A stretch of 30,898 bases of DNA from a virus (taxonomy: Duplodnaviria > Caudoviricetes). Positions 7,882 through 18,529 of this stretch are shown here, piece by piece. The DNA is taken from positions 1 through 30,898 of the IMG/VR virus record IMGVR_UViG_3300037631_004833; one strand, given 5' to 3'. Position 1 is the first letter of the stretch; every line of letters begins with the position of its first letter. The position numbers and the translations under genes are program-made. The notes beneath the pieces are model-generated. The model was not told where the DNA came from. It saw nothing but the letters and a program-made list of their open reading frames with translations, and did not search any database.

Positions 7882-8718
7882 ATGCCAGTAACATTTCCAT
7901 TAAATAAAATACCTGAAATACCTCCTAGATTAACTTCATTAGCGGTTGATGCAATAGTGGATTATTTAAATAAGATTCTTGAAAAAATATTAAAATTAGT
8001 TGACGAAGCAACTAAATTACCAGATGATGTAAGTTGTGATGACACAAGAGTTGGCGATTTAATAAATGGTGTAAATGACATAATGGAATTAATTAAAAAA
8101 TTACAAGAATTAATACCAAAAATTCAAGAAATGATTAATTTATTCAAAACATTAGCTGATATTGCTACTACTATAAAATCTAGTATATATTTAGTACCAA
8201 TTGTAGGACAAGCAGTAGCATTAGCAGATTTAAATTTGGTTCAAACAATGACAGTAGAAAATGCAAAAAAATCGTTAGAACAATTGCAAACAATTCCAAC
8301 AAGATTAAATTTAGGAATTGATTTAGCGGTTAGTAAACTAACAGAAATTGCTAATCGATTAGCACAAGCTTGTAGTGGAGCAGAAAATATTAATACAGAT
8401 GTATTAACAGTTCCACAACAAGTAAAAGATTCAATTGATAATTTTAATCGAGATAATGATTTTTATAATGATCAATTAGATAGTGAATTTTATCAATTAA
8501 AAAATGTATCTATAGATGATTTAGATGAAAGAGCAGACTCAATACGTCAATTAATTGATCAACAACGTGACTTATTAACTTCATTACAGGAGGCACCTTC
8601 AAAAGTTTTATCTGGTGCCGGTCCACCTAATAATGATATTGGTAAATCTGGAGATTATTATGTAGATATATCTTCGAATCAAGTTTACGGACCAAAATTA
8701 AATACAGGATGGTCGTAA
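7882..8718 (+). CDS. Probable virion protein: long helical bundle with small C-terminal beta domain
   Basis: C-terminal G.G.P....G..GDYY.D.....YGPK...W motif typical of phage fibre/collagen-associated domains; baseplate context. Confidence 0.65.
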   Translation: MPVTFPLNKIPEIPPRLTSLAVDAIVDYLNKILEKILKLVDEATKLPDDVSCDDTRVGDLINGVNDIMELIKKLQELIPKIQEMINLFKTLADIATTIKSSIYLVPIVGQAVALADLNLVQTMTVENAKKSLEQLQTIPTRLNLGIDLAVSKLTEIANRLAQACSGAENINTDVLTVPQQVKDSIDNFNRDNDFYNDQLDSEFYQLKNVSIDDLDERADSIRQLIDQQRDLLTSLQEAPSKVLSGAGPPNNDIGKSGDYYVDISSNQVYGPKLNTGWS

Positions 8719-8731
8719 ATTTATATATTTA

Positions 8732-8739
8732 ATATTTAT
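8732..8739 (+). promoter_or_regulatory. Putative late promoter box ATATTTAT
   Basis: Intergenic, 17 nt before ATG 8757. Confidence 0.65.
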
Positions 8740-8756
8740 AATAAAAAGAAATAATC

Positions 8757-9233
8757 ATGAAACAAGAAAAATTTATTAATGTACTAAAAAAAGTTATAAA
8801 CGAAGAAGTTAGATCTGTTATTAAACAAGAATTAACTGAAATATTAAAATCAGGGCTACAGTCAACAGTTAATGAATTACAAGAAACAAAACAAGAAAAA
8901 ATTGTTAATCCAGTTAAAAAAACAGCGTCAAACAATAATCTAAAATTTAAAAAAAATAAATTTTCTGATATATTAAATGAAACTAATAAATTAACTGAAA
9001 CTAAATCTTCGTCTGATTATGCTTCTTTAATGTCAGAAGATATTGTAATGACTTCTAAAGACGCACAAGGATTTAATTTTAATAGACAATCAGTATCTAA
9101 TTCTATTATTAATGATCCAGAAACAGGTAAATCAATGAAAGTTGATCCTGTTGTTGCAAAAGCAATGACTCGAGATTATTCTGCTTTAATGAAAGCAATT
9201 GATAAGAAAAAAGGAAATGGCATACCAGCTTGA
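8757..9233 (+). CDS. Hypothetical late protein with repeated [ILV]-x-E motifs
   Basis: 158 aa; INE, LTE, VNE, LQE, LNE, LTE; C-terminal AMTRDYSALMKAID. Confidence 0.8.
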   Translation: MKQEKFINVLKKVINEEVRSVIKQELTEILKSGLQSTVNELQETKQEKIVNPVKKTASNNNLKFKKNKFSDILNETNKLTETKSSSDYASLMSEDIVMTSKDAQGFNFNRQSVSNSIINDPETGKSMKVDPVVAKAMTRDYSALMKAIDKKKGNGIPA

Positions 9234-9651
9234 AAATAAAGAAATATTAATTGACTCTGATATAGTTATTGGATTAAAATTTCCATTTAATGGAAGAAAA
9301 GTATTTAATCCTACATTTACTACATTAGAACAAGCAAATAGTAATATTAAAAATTTACTATTAACTGGACGTGGTGAACGTTATTTATTACATCAATTTG
9401 GAACATCATTAAAATATCTTTTATTTGAACAACAAACAGATGAATTAAAAGTCGCAATTGACGCAGAAATTAGATCAGCCGTTAATAGATGGTTACCATA
9501 TATTGATATAAGTAATATAACTTGTGATTTTAATACGCCAGAAGAATCATCGATTCGGATAACTATATCATATACAGTTTCCAATATTGGAGCAGAACAG
9601 TCATTAACAATTTCAGCACAAGATGCTAATATTATAACAATTGAATCTTAA
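9217..9651 (+). CDS. Baseplate wedge/sheath initiator, T4 gp25 / P2 gpW-like
   Basis: NIKNLLLTGRGER...FGTSL..LLFE..AVNRWLPYI; ATG 9217 preferred over TTG 9199. Confidence 0.93.
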   Translation: MAYQLENKEILIDSDIVIGLKFPFNGRKVFNPTFTTLEQANSNIKNLLLTGRGERYLLHQFGTSLKYLLFEQQTDELKVAIDAEIRSAVNRWLPYIDISNITCDFNTPEESSIRITISYTVSNIGAEQSLTISAQDANIITIES

Positions 9652-9664
9652 AGGAAACTAAATA

Positions 9665-11545
9665 ATGAATGTAGTAAAAGACGTAAAATATTTAAATAAA
9701 GATTTTAATCAGTTCAGAAAAAATTTAATAGAATTTACAAAACAATATTTTCCTAATCAGTATACTGATTTTAATGAATCTTCTCCTGGAATGATATTTT
9801 TAGAATTAGCTGCATATGTTGGAGATGTGTTATCATTTTATACTGATACAAATTTAAAAGAATCAATATTAAATCAAGCTCAAGAACGTGGAAATATTAT
9901 AAACTTAGCAAATATGTTAGGATATAAACCATTAAGTTCTGTTTCATCACATGTTAAGTTAAATGTATTTCAATTAATACCCGCAAAAGGCTCAGGTACA
10001 TCTAATCAACCAAATTATGATTTTGCATTATCGATAGCTCCCGGTATGAGAGTTAAACAAGAATCAGGTGCTGCAGAATTTAGAACTCTCGATGTAGTAG
10101 ATTTTAATTTATCTTCATCTTTAAGTCCTACAGAAGTTACAATATATGAAATCGATTCAACTACAAACGAACCAGTATATTATTTGTTAAAAAAACAAGT
10201 ACAAGCTGCTTCTGGAACTATTAAATCTAAGAACTTTACATTTGAATCTGCAAAACAGTATGATAAAATAGTTTTACCAAATGAAAATATAATAGAAATA
10301 CTTTCTGTTAAGGAGTCTGATGGAGATATATGGACAGAAGTTCCATATTTAGCACAAGACACTATATTTGAAGAAGTATTAAATGTAAAAGAAAATGACC
10401 CGGATACATATCATTTTCGTGATTCGTCGCCATATCTTTTAAAAATGAAAAAAGTAGCTAAAAGATTTGTATCAAGATTAAGATCAGATGGAAAAATAGA
10501 ACTACAATTTGGAGCAGGTGTAAGTAGTAATAATGATGAAGAAATTATTCCTAATCCAGCTAATGTAGGAAATGGAATAGAACAATTAAGAAAAAATGTA
10601 AATGTAGACATAGATCCTTCAAATTTTTTATATACGAAAGCATATGGAGAAGCTCCATCAAATACTACATTAACTATTACATATACTATAGGAAATGGTA
10701 TATCAGATAATATTGAAAGTAATACAATTAAAAAAATTGATTTTATTGAATTTAATGACGATCCAAATTCAACAGCTGCACAATCGTTAATGAACTTTGT
10801 TAAATCAAGTGTTACTATAAATAATGATACCCCAGCGCGTGGAGGTAAGTCTGCAGATTCAATACAAGATATAAAAAATAATGCAGCTGCAAACTTTGCG
10901 ACTCAAAATAGATTAGTAACAAAACAAGATTATATAGTTAGATCATATTCAATGCCAGCAAAATTTGGAAGTGTTGCAAAATCATATATAGTACCAGACG
11001 ATCAAATAACACAAAATGATTTAGAAGATACAAGAATACCTAATCCATTGGCAATGAATTTATATGTATTAGGTTATACTGAATTAAAACAATTAACAAC
11101 ATTGAATACTGCTATTAAAAATAATTTAAAAACATATTTGGACTATTATAGAATTTTAACAGATGCAATTAATATTAAAGATGCGTTTATTATTAATTTT
11201 GGAATTGATTTTGAAATAACAATTCTTCCAAATTATAATTCTAATGAAGTTTTGCTAAATGCAATTGACACAATACAAAATTATTTTGAAATAGATAAAT
11301 GGCAAATTAATCAACCTATAATAAAGTCAGAAGTAATGAATACATTAGCTAATACAGATGGTGTTCAGAGCGTTGTAGGATTAAAATTTAATAATTTATA
11401 TGATTCAAATCAAAATTATTCTGGTAATGTTTATGATTTAGAAACTGCAACAAGACAAGGTATTATTTATCCTAGTTTAGATCCTAGTATATTCGAACTC
11501 AAATTTCCTAAAAAAGATATTAAAGGAAAAGTAACAACATATTAA
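9665..11545 (+). CDS. Baseplate wedge subunit, T4 gp6 / baseplate J-like
   Basis: KDFNQFRKNL, AYVGDVLSFY.D, LA..LGY, LQFG.G, A.GG...DS..IK.NA...F.TQNRLVT.QDY. Confidence 0.93.
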   Translation: MNVVKDVKYLNKDFNQFRKNLIEFTKQYFPNQYTDFNESSPGMIFLELAAYVGDVLSFYTDTNLKESILNQAQERGNIINLANMLGYKPLSSVSSHVKLNVFQLIPAKGSGTSNQPNYDFALSIAPGMRVKQESGAAEFRTLDVVDFNLSSSLSPTEVTIYEIDSTTNEPVYYLLKKQVQAASGTIKSKNFTFESAKQYDKIVLPNENIIEILSVKESDGDIWTEVPYLAQDTIFEEVLNVKENDPDTYHFRDSSPYLLKMKKVAKRFVSRLRSDGKIELQFGAGVSSNNDEEIIPNPANVGNGIEQLRKNVNVDIDPSNFLYTKAYGEAPSNTTLTITYTIGNGISDNIESNTIKKIDFIEFNDDPNSTAAQSLMNFVKSSVTINNDTPARGGKSADSIQDIKNNAAANFATQNRLVTKQDYIVRSYSMPAKFGSVAKSYIVPDDQITQNDLEDTRIPNPLAMNLYVLGYTELKQLTTLNTAIKNNLKTYLDYYRILTDAINIKDAFIINFGIDFEITILPNYNSNEVLLNAIDTIQNYFEIDKWQINQPIIKSEVMNTLANTDGVQSVVGLKFNNLYDSNQNYSGNVYDLETATRQGIIYPSLDPSIFELKFPKKDIKGKVTTY

Positions 11546-11552
11546 CATGAAA

Positions 11553-11560
11553 ATATTTAT
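11553..11560 (+). promoter_or_regulatory. Putative late promoter box ATATTTAT
   Basis: Intergenic, 8 nt before ATG 11569. Confidence 0.65.
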
Positions 11561-11568
11561 ATAAAATT

Positions 11569-12198
11569 ATGGCACTAACATTATCAACAACCGGTATAAC
11601 TAATTCAGAAACAATTCAAGCAGGACATGTATCACAATCAATTGATGCATTGAAAGGAACTTATGCATATAATTTAACTCCATCTGGATCATTTACATTT
11701 ACAGGAACTACAGTTTTTGCTGGAAATGTACAAGGAGCAATTTCAAATATAGTTAGTCAAACGGTTGGAGATGCAGATACAGTAACTGTAAATGTAAATG
11801 ATGGATCAACTTCTGTATATGTTTTATCAGTTGATTCTGATGGGAATCAGGGATCAAATCCTATTTCATATCAATTACCTAGACCAAGCGGCATTACTCC
11901 TGGAACTACATATAGAATTATAATTGGACAAATAGGATCTAGCTCTACAAGTCCTGATGCATTATCAAGACCATTTTCAATTATAATTGCAGCAAGTAAT
12001 CAAGCATTATTAGGAAGCATTGTTGGGACTAGTTCCACAGCTCAAACTGTGTTACAACGAAGTAATGGTCCTTTTGTTTCATTAGCAATTGCTGCAGGTA
12101 GATTAAACACCGGAGATTCTTTTGATTTATTTTGTGACGGAACATATTGGTATGTAACAGGATTTATAAATTCTCCTAGTGTTAGTTATACAAATTAA
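11569..12198 (+). CDS. Short fibre-like virion protein
   Basis: S/T/G-rich; LP.....G.TY.II and GDSFDLFCDGTYWY motifs typical of fibre-tip domains. Confidence 0.65.
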   Translation: MALTLSTTGITNSETIQAGHVSQSIDALKGTYAYNLTPSGSFTFTGTTVFAGNVQGAISNIVSQTVGDADTVTVNVNDGSTSVYVLSVDSDGNQGSNPISYQLPRPSGITPGTTYRIIIGQIGSSSTSPDALSRPFSIIIAASNQALLGSIVGTSSTAQTVLQRSNGPFVSLAIAAGRLNTGDSFDLFCDGTYWYVTGFINSPSVSYTN

Positions 12199-12212
12199 TA
12201 GAAAAATAAAAA

Positions 12213-13364
12213 ATGTTTAAAATATTATATCCATCTCAAGACACGTCGATTTTTGAAGTTGCTAAAACATTGAATACCGGGCTAGATGAAATTCTAGAAA
12301 TTGGCAAACGTGATACTACAGGTGGAACATCTTATTCTAAATCTAGATCACTAGTAAAGTTTGATTTAACTCAAGTTAATTCAGCATTATCAAAATATAG
12401 TGTTAATATCGAAGATTGTAAATTCTTTTTGCAATTATACACAACTCATGCAGTTAATTTGCCATCAACATATTCTGTAGAAGCTAAAATTTTAGGAAAT
12501 GATTGGGATAATGGATTAGGTTTTGTTAATTCAAATCCTATTATAGAAGAAGGATGTACATGGTCTTATCCTATATCTGGAAGTAATTGGACATCTGGAT
12601 CACAAAATCAAGAAATAGCTAATGGAAGTAACTTATTTATTAAGGGTATTGGGGAAGGTGGAAGTTATCTAGAAGAATCACCAAATACTGGATTACAATT
12701 GGTATTTTCACAATCATTTTCACAAATTACAGATTTAGATATAGGTGCTAGTACTAGAAATACTGATTTATATATGGATGTAACATCTGCAGTAAGAACA
12801 TGGCAATCAGGATCAAATGGGGTTATTGTTCCAAATTATGGATTTTTAATTCAATTTTCTGATGCAACTGAAGCTGCAATTAATAAACATGGATATGTAA
12901 GATTTTTTAGTAGAGAAACACATACAATTTATGTTCCAAAATTATTAATGTTATTTGATAAATCTTCTTTTGCAACAGGATCATTAGAACAATTTAATAT
13001 TGAATCATATAAAATATATACAGATTTACAAAAAGAATATTTAGATACAAGCGTAAATAAAATTCGAATATTTGTTAGAGATAGATATCCACAAAAATCT
13101 CCAACTAATTTATTTCCAGAAACAGCTGTTAAATATTTACCATCAGGATCATTATATTCAATTAGAGATGCTGCAACCGAAGAAGTAGTTATACCATTTA
13201 ATGATACATATACTAAAATTAGTTGTGACTCAACTAGTAATTTTATAAATTTAGATATGTCTGGATTAATGCCTGAACGATATTATAGATTAATGTTTAA
13301 AATTACATCTGGTATGTATGATGAGTTTATAGAAGATGACTTCTATTTTAAAATAGTAAGATAA
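12213..13364 (+). CDS. Virion structural protein with DNRLRE/CBM96-like beta-sandwich
   Basis: DTSI..N.G..EIL, SRSLVKFDL, MDVTS.V..W, NYGFLI, FFSRE...PKL pattern. Confidence 0.7.
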   Translation: MFKILYPSQDTSIFEVAKTLNTGLDEILEIGKRDTTGGTSYSKSRSLVKFDLTQVNSALSKYSVNIEDCKFFLQLYTTHAVNLPSTYSVEAKILGNDWDNGLGFVNSNPIIEEGCTWSYPISGSNWTSGSQNQEIANGSNLFIKGIGEGGSYLEESPNTGLQLVFSQSFSQITDLDIGASTRNTDLYMDVTSAVRTWQSGSNGVIVPNYGFLIQFSDATEAAINKHGYVRFFSRETHTIYVPKLLMLFDKSSFATGSLEQFNIESYKIYTDLQKEYLDTSVNKIRIFVRDRYPQKSPTNLFPETAVKYLPSGSLYSIRDAATEEVVIPFNDTYTKISCDSTSNFINLDMSGLMPERYYRLMFKITSGMYDEFIEDDFYFKIVR

Positions 13365-13365
13365 T

Positions 13366-14748
13366 ATGTTAATACATCGATTAAAATTATATCCTAATCA
13401 GTCTCAAGGAGGAGGATACGTTTATGGATCTGGAGGATCTGGAGGATCTTCTGGTGGAGCTACAGGGCCATCTGATGTATTACCAGATGGTTATGGTTAT
13501 ACTCCGGGTGGAGAATATCAAGATGCATTAGGAAATGATTATGTAGGAGCATGGCATTCTCATGTTGATGGAACTATTACAAAAGGAAATATGCATACTA
13601 ATATTTCCAATGAAGATGTATTATTTCCAATTGTTACGCCACCACCCCCACCGCCACCACCAAATATACCTAACACTACCGGACCTTCGAATGTTATGCC
13701 ACAAACAATACAAATTCCAACTCCTCCTCCTCCTAGTGGACCAGCTGGAGCGGGAAGAACAGGAACAAATACTCCTAGTAATGCCGGACCAATGTTTTTA
13801 CCTGGAGCTATAACTCCTCCAATGCCTCCACCGGTTGCAGTTTATCAAGCTCCGCCATTTGTAGATACAAATATACAACAAGAATATATTGAAAAAGGAT
13901 TAACATTTAAATCAAATAATAAATTTATCAATCAAAGAAATGCGGCTGGTAATTTATTATTTGAAGAAAATTCTCAAAACAATCAAAATTTAATCATAGA
14001 GCCGGCTATTGAAACATATACTAATAAATCATTTATTGAAGCAGTTAATACACAATTTAATTATTTTAAATTTCCTGCTAGAATTGGAGTCGACTCTACT
14101 TTAGATTTAACATTTAATATGGATTTTGATATTAAAGACACAGGTACTGATCCAATAACTGGATTTCATGTATTAAATCCAAAAGATGCATCAGGCGCTG
14201 ATATTGGAGATTATGTAACAATGACTAAGTCATATCCTTTAAGTGCGGTTAGCGGGATTGATATTAAATTAATGCCAATTGATAAAACTATAGACGGCGC
14301 TCCTATAGACAAAGATTTCTCGGCTTTTGTATTAACACCATCAAAAATAAAATATGTTAAAGAAGGAAATAAAGCAATTAAAATCGTTGCAGACTATACA
14401 GGTAGGCCACAAAATAATGTTGATACTGGATTTGTGTTAGCGTTAGATAGGAAAATGCCTGTAGTGTATAGAAATTGGCCAAGTAATGCTGGTTCGTTAT
14501 ATTATAATAGATATCCACATTCTTATAAAACATCTGCACAATATGGTGGAGGTAGTTCTCAAGATCATAGTCAAACATATGTATCTGTTAATTTAACTTA
14601 TGTAATAGATCCAAATGACATGATAGAATATGATCAGTATAGTTTTAGAACTGTTTCTGGTGGCGATTCTTGGTATTTAAGACAAAGTGTTAAATTTGAT
14701 ATTTCAATAATAGATGATCCAGGACCTGGAGGATACGGTAAACAATAA
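13366..14748 (+). CDS. Probable virion protein with Gly/Ser linker, His motif and poly-Pro region
   Basis: 460 aa between structural genes; YTPGGEY..G..YVG.WH.H.DG....G.MH; runs of Pro. Confidence 0.75.
   Translation: MLIHRLKLYPNQSQGGGYVYGSGGSGGSSGGATGPSDVLPDGYGYTPGGEYQDALGNDYVGAWHSHVDGTITKGNMHTNISNEDVLFPIVTPPPPPPPPNIPNTTGPSNVMPQTIQIPTPPPPSGPAGAGRTGTNTPSNAGPMFLPGAITPPMPPPVAVYQAPPFVDTNIQQEYIEKGLTFKSNNKFINQRNAAGNLLFEENSQNNQNLIIEPAIETYTNKSFIEAVNTQFNYFKFPARIGVDSTLDLTFNMDFDIKDTGTDPITGFHVLNPKDASGADIGDYVTMTKSYPLSAVSGIDIKLMPIDKTIDGAPIDKDFSAFVLTPSKIKYVKEGNKAIKIVADYTGRPQNNVDTGFVLALDRKMPVVYRNWPSNAGSLYYNRYPHSYKTSAQYGGGSSQDHSQTYVSVNLTYVIDPNDMIEYDQYSFRTVSGGDSWYLRQSVKFDISIIDDPGPGGYGKQ
13639..13662 (+). repeat. 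(CCN)8 poly-proline run
   Basis: ccaccacccccaccgccaccacca, in frame. Confidence 0.9.
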
Positions 14749-17700
14749 TGTTAAATCAATATTCAAATATAGACCAAATTTTAAATTCAAAAGAGTCATT
14801 AAATGCTCGTAGATTAGATTCTGTTGATTATCAATTATTAGATTATCCAGACTATAGAATTAGTTATAATGCTCAATTAGATTCTACGTCAACACAAAAA
14901 GTTGAATTTCATGTATATTCTAATGACACGTGGATAACAGGTAATCATTCTATACAAGCTTCTAGTTTAAGTCCTAATATTACAGATACCGAAACAGATA
15001 CTTTTATTCCATTTCCGTTTGCTTCATTGGATATTAATTTATATTCAGAATTTAATTCGTTAGGATTAACTGCAGGTAATTTTAGATTTGTTTTAAACTT
15101 TTTTGAAAATTTAATTGGAAGTTATGACAATCAACATTTAAAAGTATCAGAAATATCTCCAGATCGTACAGAAGTAAAATTAACATTAATTGATAAAAAC
15201 AATCAATCAGCATTAACTCAATTAGTTAATTATATTGACGATGTTAAACAAACTGACTTAAATGATAATGTTGTCAATCCTAATGTTACTGAAACATACT
15301 TATTAAATTTTAGTCAAAATAATTGTATACAATTTGTTAATAGTGTAGTTGTAGGAGAGCATTTATATGTAAAACTTTTAAATCCATTACCATTAGATAT
15401 TAATTTAAAATTTAAATGTTGGGTTGTAAAAGAAAAAAAATTACCATATATTGACACTGTTGAAATAACACCGGAAATATTATCATCAATACAAGAAACT
15501 TTATCTGGGCCAAATTGGCAAGCAAATACAAATGCAACTGATATTTCAACAGAAACAGATTTAAAGTCTTGGAATGATTTATTAGGATCATCAATTCAAA
15601 CTTCACAACAGATAATTGATTCATATTTTTCAGGATCATTATCTGGAATAAATTTAAATATAGATTATTCTGATTTTAATAATTTTATATTTTATAGTTC
15701 AGCTACAGAAAGATTAGATAATTTTAGATATAAATTAGGATTAATTGAAACATATACATCACAATCATCTGTTATTTCAAATATTAATAGTGCTGTTAGT
15801 ACAACTAATGCAAATGATTTTACTCAATTAAAAACAAATTTAATATCTGGATTTGATGAATTTGAAAAATATCTTTATTATGAATCTTCTTCAATATTAT
15901 TCACTTACGATCAATATAATAGTATCGATGTTAATGTTTCAGAATTAACTGGAAGTTATGTACAACCAACTCCTAAAAGTAATTCTACTAAACCTTATTC
16001 ATTGATGTCAGTTACTAGTAGCAACTTTGTTAATTGGTATGATTCATTATATAATTCAGCTGAATTGTATGATAGTTATAATACTAATATTTTGACAAAT
16101 GGTATTCCGGAATTTATTAAATTTGATTCAAATAATTCTGATATGAATATTTTTGTTAATATGTTAGGACATCATTTTGATATTTTATATACATATATTA
16201 GATACTTAACAAAAATGTATAATCGTGATGAACATCCACATCGTGGTGTTCCTAATGAATTATTATTTCAAGTTGCAAAACAATTTGGATGGAATTTATC
16301 TATAGGAAATCAAGGATCAAATTTATGGGAGTATTTATTTGGAACTAATGAACAAGGAATTCCTATTACAGGATCATTGTCAGTAGGAGATCCTGCAGTA
16401 TCAAAACGTGATATTACATATGGTATTTGGAGAAGAATTGTTAATAATTTACCATTATTACTAAAATCAAAAGGAACAAAACGAAGTATACGAGCATTAT
16501 TATCATGTTATGGTATTCCACAATCTATGATATCTATTAATGAATATGGAGGTCCTAGAATAACAAGAGCTCCTATTTATGAAACAAATGAATTTAATTA
16601 TGCATTAGATTTAATTAATAATCCAGCTGGTACGGTTACTGTAGATTATACTAAGCCTATTCGCTCTGTAGAACTAAGATTACGAACAGATAATGTATTA
16701 ACTAATCCTTCGGTACCATCTACTATGAATTTATATTCAATTGGTGTAAACAATGTTACAATTGATTTTAATAGCGGCACATTAGGAACATTAAAAATTA
16801 ATACAACTGCATCTGGTCAAATTGAATGTTTTGATGGAGAATATATTAATACATTACTCCGAAGTGGTTCAAATGGTACATTAGAATTATTAGCACAACG
16901 TTCTAAGTATGGAAAAATTATAACAACAGTTTCAGCTTCTATTACAGGTAGTTTTCCAAATACTGGTACGATATCATTAGGATTAAATCCAGGAGGTAAT
17001 GCTGGAAATAGATTACAAGGACAACTTCAAGAACTTAGATTATGGACTTCTAGTTTAGATATAAATGCATTTTCTAATCATACAAAAGCACCAGGAGCAT
17101 ATGATGGAAATTCTGATGCATACGAGGAATTAGTTGCAAGATTTCCATTAAATGATAAAATTAATCATACATTAACTTCTAGTTTACAAGGTGTTGAACC
17201 AAATTCTTCGAATATATCTGCATCTTTTGTTGGATGGTCTTCTAATGAGCCGTATAATTCGCAAGAAGAAACATATTATTATGATGCAATTTCTGCAGGA
17301 AATGATACATTAGATGATAATAAAATACGAATTGAATCAAATAATTTGATTAATGGATTATCTCCAGATTCTAGAGCTGAACAAAGTCAATTTGATAAAG
17401 CTCCATTGGATTCAGCTAGGCTAGGAATATTTTATTCTCCTCAAACAATGATTAATGACGACATAATTGCACAATTAGGATTTGTTAATTTAGAAGACTA
17501 TATAGGAGACCCTGCAGATCAAGATGCAAATTCATATCCAGCATTAAAGAAATTTTCTGAAACATATTGGAAAAAATATTCTGAAAAAAGTAATATAAAT
17601 GAATATTTACGTGTTTTTAGTTTATTTGATTTATCATTTTTTGGACAAATTGAACAATTACTTCCAGCACGTGTAAATAAAATAACTGGATTGTTAATAC

Positions 17701-18476
17701 AACCTACATTATTAGAACGAAGTAAAGATTCTACAAAAACTGGATATTTACAACGAAGTAATGAAACATATGACGCTAATTTAATTGTTTCAACAGAAAC
17801 TCAAAATATTACATCATCATATCAATTCATTGAATCAGAGTTAATTGTAAATTCAGAAGATCAAAATATTATATCTGGATCTGTAGCAGATAATTATATA
17901 GCTTATTTAACTAGTAGCACTTCGTATACATCAACTCCATATTCATATGATATAATATATCGATATAGTGGATCATGGGTTACTGGATCTACACCGTATT
18001 GGGAATCAGAAGCAATATTACCGACAATTACCGGATCAAGAGTTTCTAGTATATTTAAAACAATGATTCAATCTTCTAGTATAAGCTCTAGTAATGGAGG
18101 ATATGGATCAGGAACATATGGATCTTCAACATATGGTAGTTCTGGAGCTGGTAGTTCTGGAGTAACTCAATATTTTAATTTAACTGGTTCATTTGCTGAA
18201 GTTCAAGATTTTAGTCCAATTGGAATGGAAAATGCTAGATTTAATGGATCTAAATTAATTGGAAAAGATTTTAATATTGAACCAACAAGATTTACTGGTA
18301 ATTTTAAAACAATTGATGGAGGACCAGTTGTAGAGTTTTCTGAAGTTAATCCAAATAATATTACAGTTAGTACTCCAAGTAGTGAAGGTTCGTTTAAAGT
18401 AGAAAAAATACGTGAACGTAAAACTAGAAAAAGAAAAAGAAGATCTGGAGAAGAACCAGAAGAGTTTTTTAAATAA
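14748..18476 (+). CDS. Large baseplate wedge protein (T4 gp7 / P2 gpI-like core) with LamG-like insert
   Basis: LL..VAKQFGW and LLLKSKGTKRSIRALLSCYG core, L.PAR near the C-terminus; LQGQLQELRLW is a LamG-type ending. Confidence 0.75.
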   Translation: MLNQYSNIDQILNSKESLNARRLDSVDYQLLDYPDYRISYNAQLDSTSTQKVEFHVYSNDTWITGNHSIQASSLSPNITDTETDTFIPFPFASLDINLYSEFNSLGLTAGNFRFVLNFFENLIGSYDNQHLKVSEISPDRTEVKLTLIDKNNQSALTQLVNYIDDVKQTDLNDNVVNPNVTETYLLNFSQNNCIQFVNSVVVGEHLYVKLLNPLPLDINLKFKCWVVKEKKLPYIDTVEITPEILSSIQETLSGPNWQANTNATDISTETDLKSWNDLLGSSIQTSQQIIDSYFSGSLSGINLNIDYSDFNNFIFYSSATERLDNFRYKLGLIETYTSQSSVISNINSAVSTTNANDFTQLKTNLISGFDEFEKYLYYESSSILFTYDQYNSIDVNVSELTGSYVQPTPKSNSTKPYSLMSVTSSNFVNWYDSLYNSAELYDSYNTNILTNGIPEFIKFDSNNSDMNIFVNMLGHHFDILYTYIRYLTKMYNRDEHPHRGVPNELLFQVAKQFGWNLSIGNQGSNLWEYLFGTNEQGIPITGSLSVGDPAVSKRDITYGIWRRIVNNLPLLLKSKGTKRSIRALLSCYGIPQSMISINEYGGPRITRAPIYETNEFNYALDLINNPAGTVTVDYTKPIRSVELRLRTDNVLTNPSVPSTMNLYSIGVNNVTIDFNSGTLGTLKINTTASGQIECFDGEYINTLLRSGSNGTLELLAQRSKYGKIITTVSASITGSFPNTGTISLGLNPGGNAGNRLQGQLQELRLWTSSLDINAFSNHTKAPGAYDGNSDAYEELVARFPLNDKINHTLTSSLQGVEPNSSNISASFVGWSSNEPYNSQEETYYYDAISAGNDTLDDNKIRIESNNLINGLSPDSRAEQSQFDKAPLDSARLGIFYSPQTMINDDIIAQLGFVNLEDYIGDPADQDANSYPALKKFSETYWKKYSEKSNINEYLRVFSLFDLSFFGQIEQLLPARVNKITGLLIQPTLLERSKDSTKTGYLQRSNETYDANLIVSTETQNITSSYQFIESELIVNSEDQNIISGSVADNYIAYLTSSTSYTSTPYSYDIIYRYSGSWVTGSTPYWESEAILPTITGSRVSSIFKTMIQSSSISSSNGGYGSGTYGSSTYGSSGAGSSGVTQYFNLTGSFAEVQDFSPIGMENARFNGSKLIGKDFNIEPTRFTGNFKTIDGGPVVEFSEVNPNNITVSTPSSEGSFKVEKIRERKTRKRKRRSGEEPEEFFK
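18096..18162 (+). repeat. YGxxT / Gly-Ser coding repeats
   Basis: GGYGSGTYGSSTYGSSGAGSSG; ggtagttctggag occurs twice (18135, 18150). Confidence 0.8.
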
Positions 18477-18500
18477 AAACAACAAAAATTTTATAAGATA

Positions 18501-18508
18501 ATATTTAT
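18501..18508 (+). promoter_or_regulatory. Putative late promoter box ATATTTAT
   Basis: Intergenic, 21 nt before ATG 18530. Confidence 0.65.
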
Positions 18509-18529
18509 TAAAAATAAAAGGTATATACA

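Noticed and set aside
13562-13813. 83-aa alternate-frame ORF with His runs
   Set aside because: By-product of CCA proline codons in a locally stop-poor, GC-richer segment
18402-18476. KIRERKTRKRKRR resembling a nuclear localisation signal or eukaryotic virus feature
   Set aside because: Context is clearly a tailed bacteriophage; more likely a basic disordered tail
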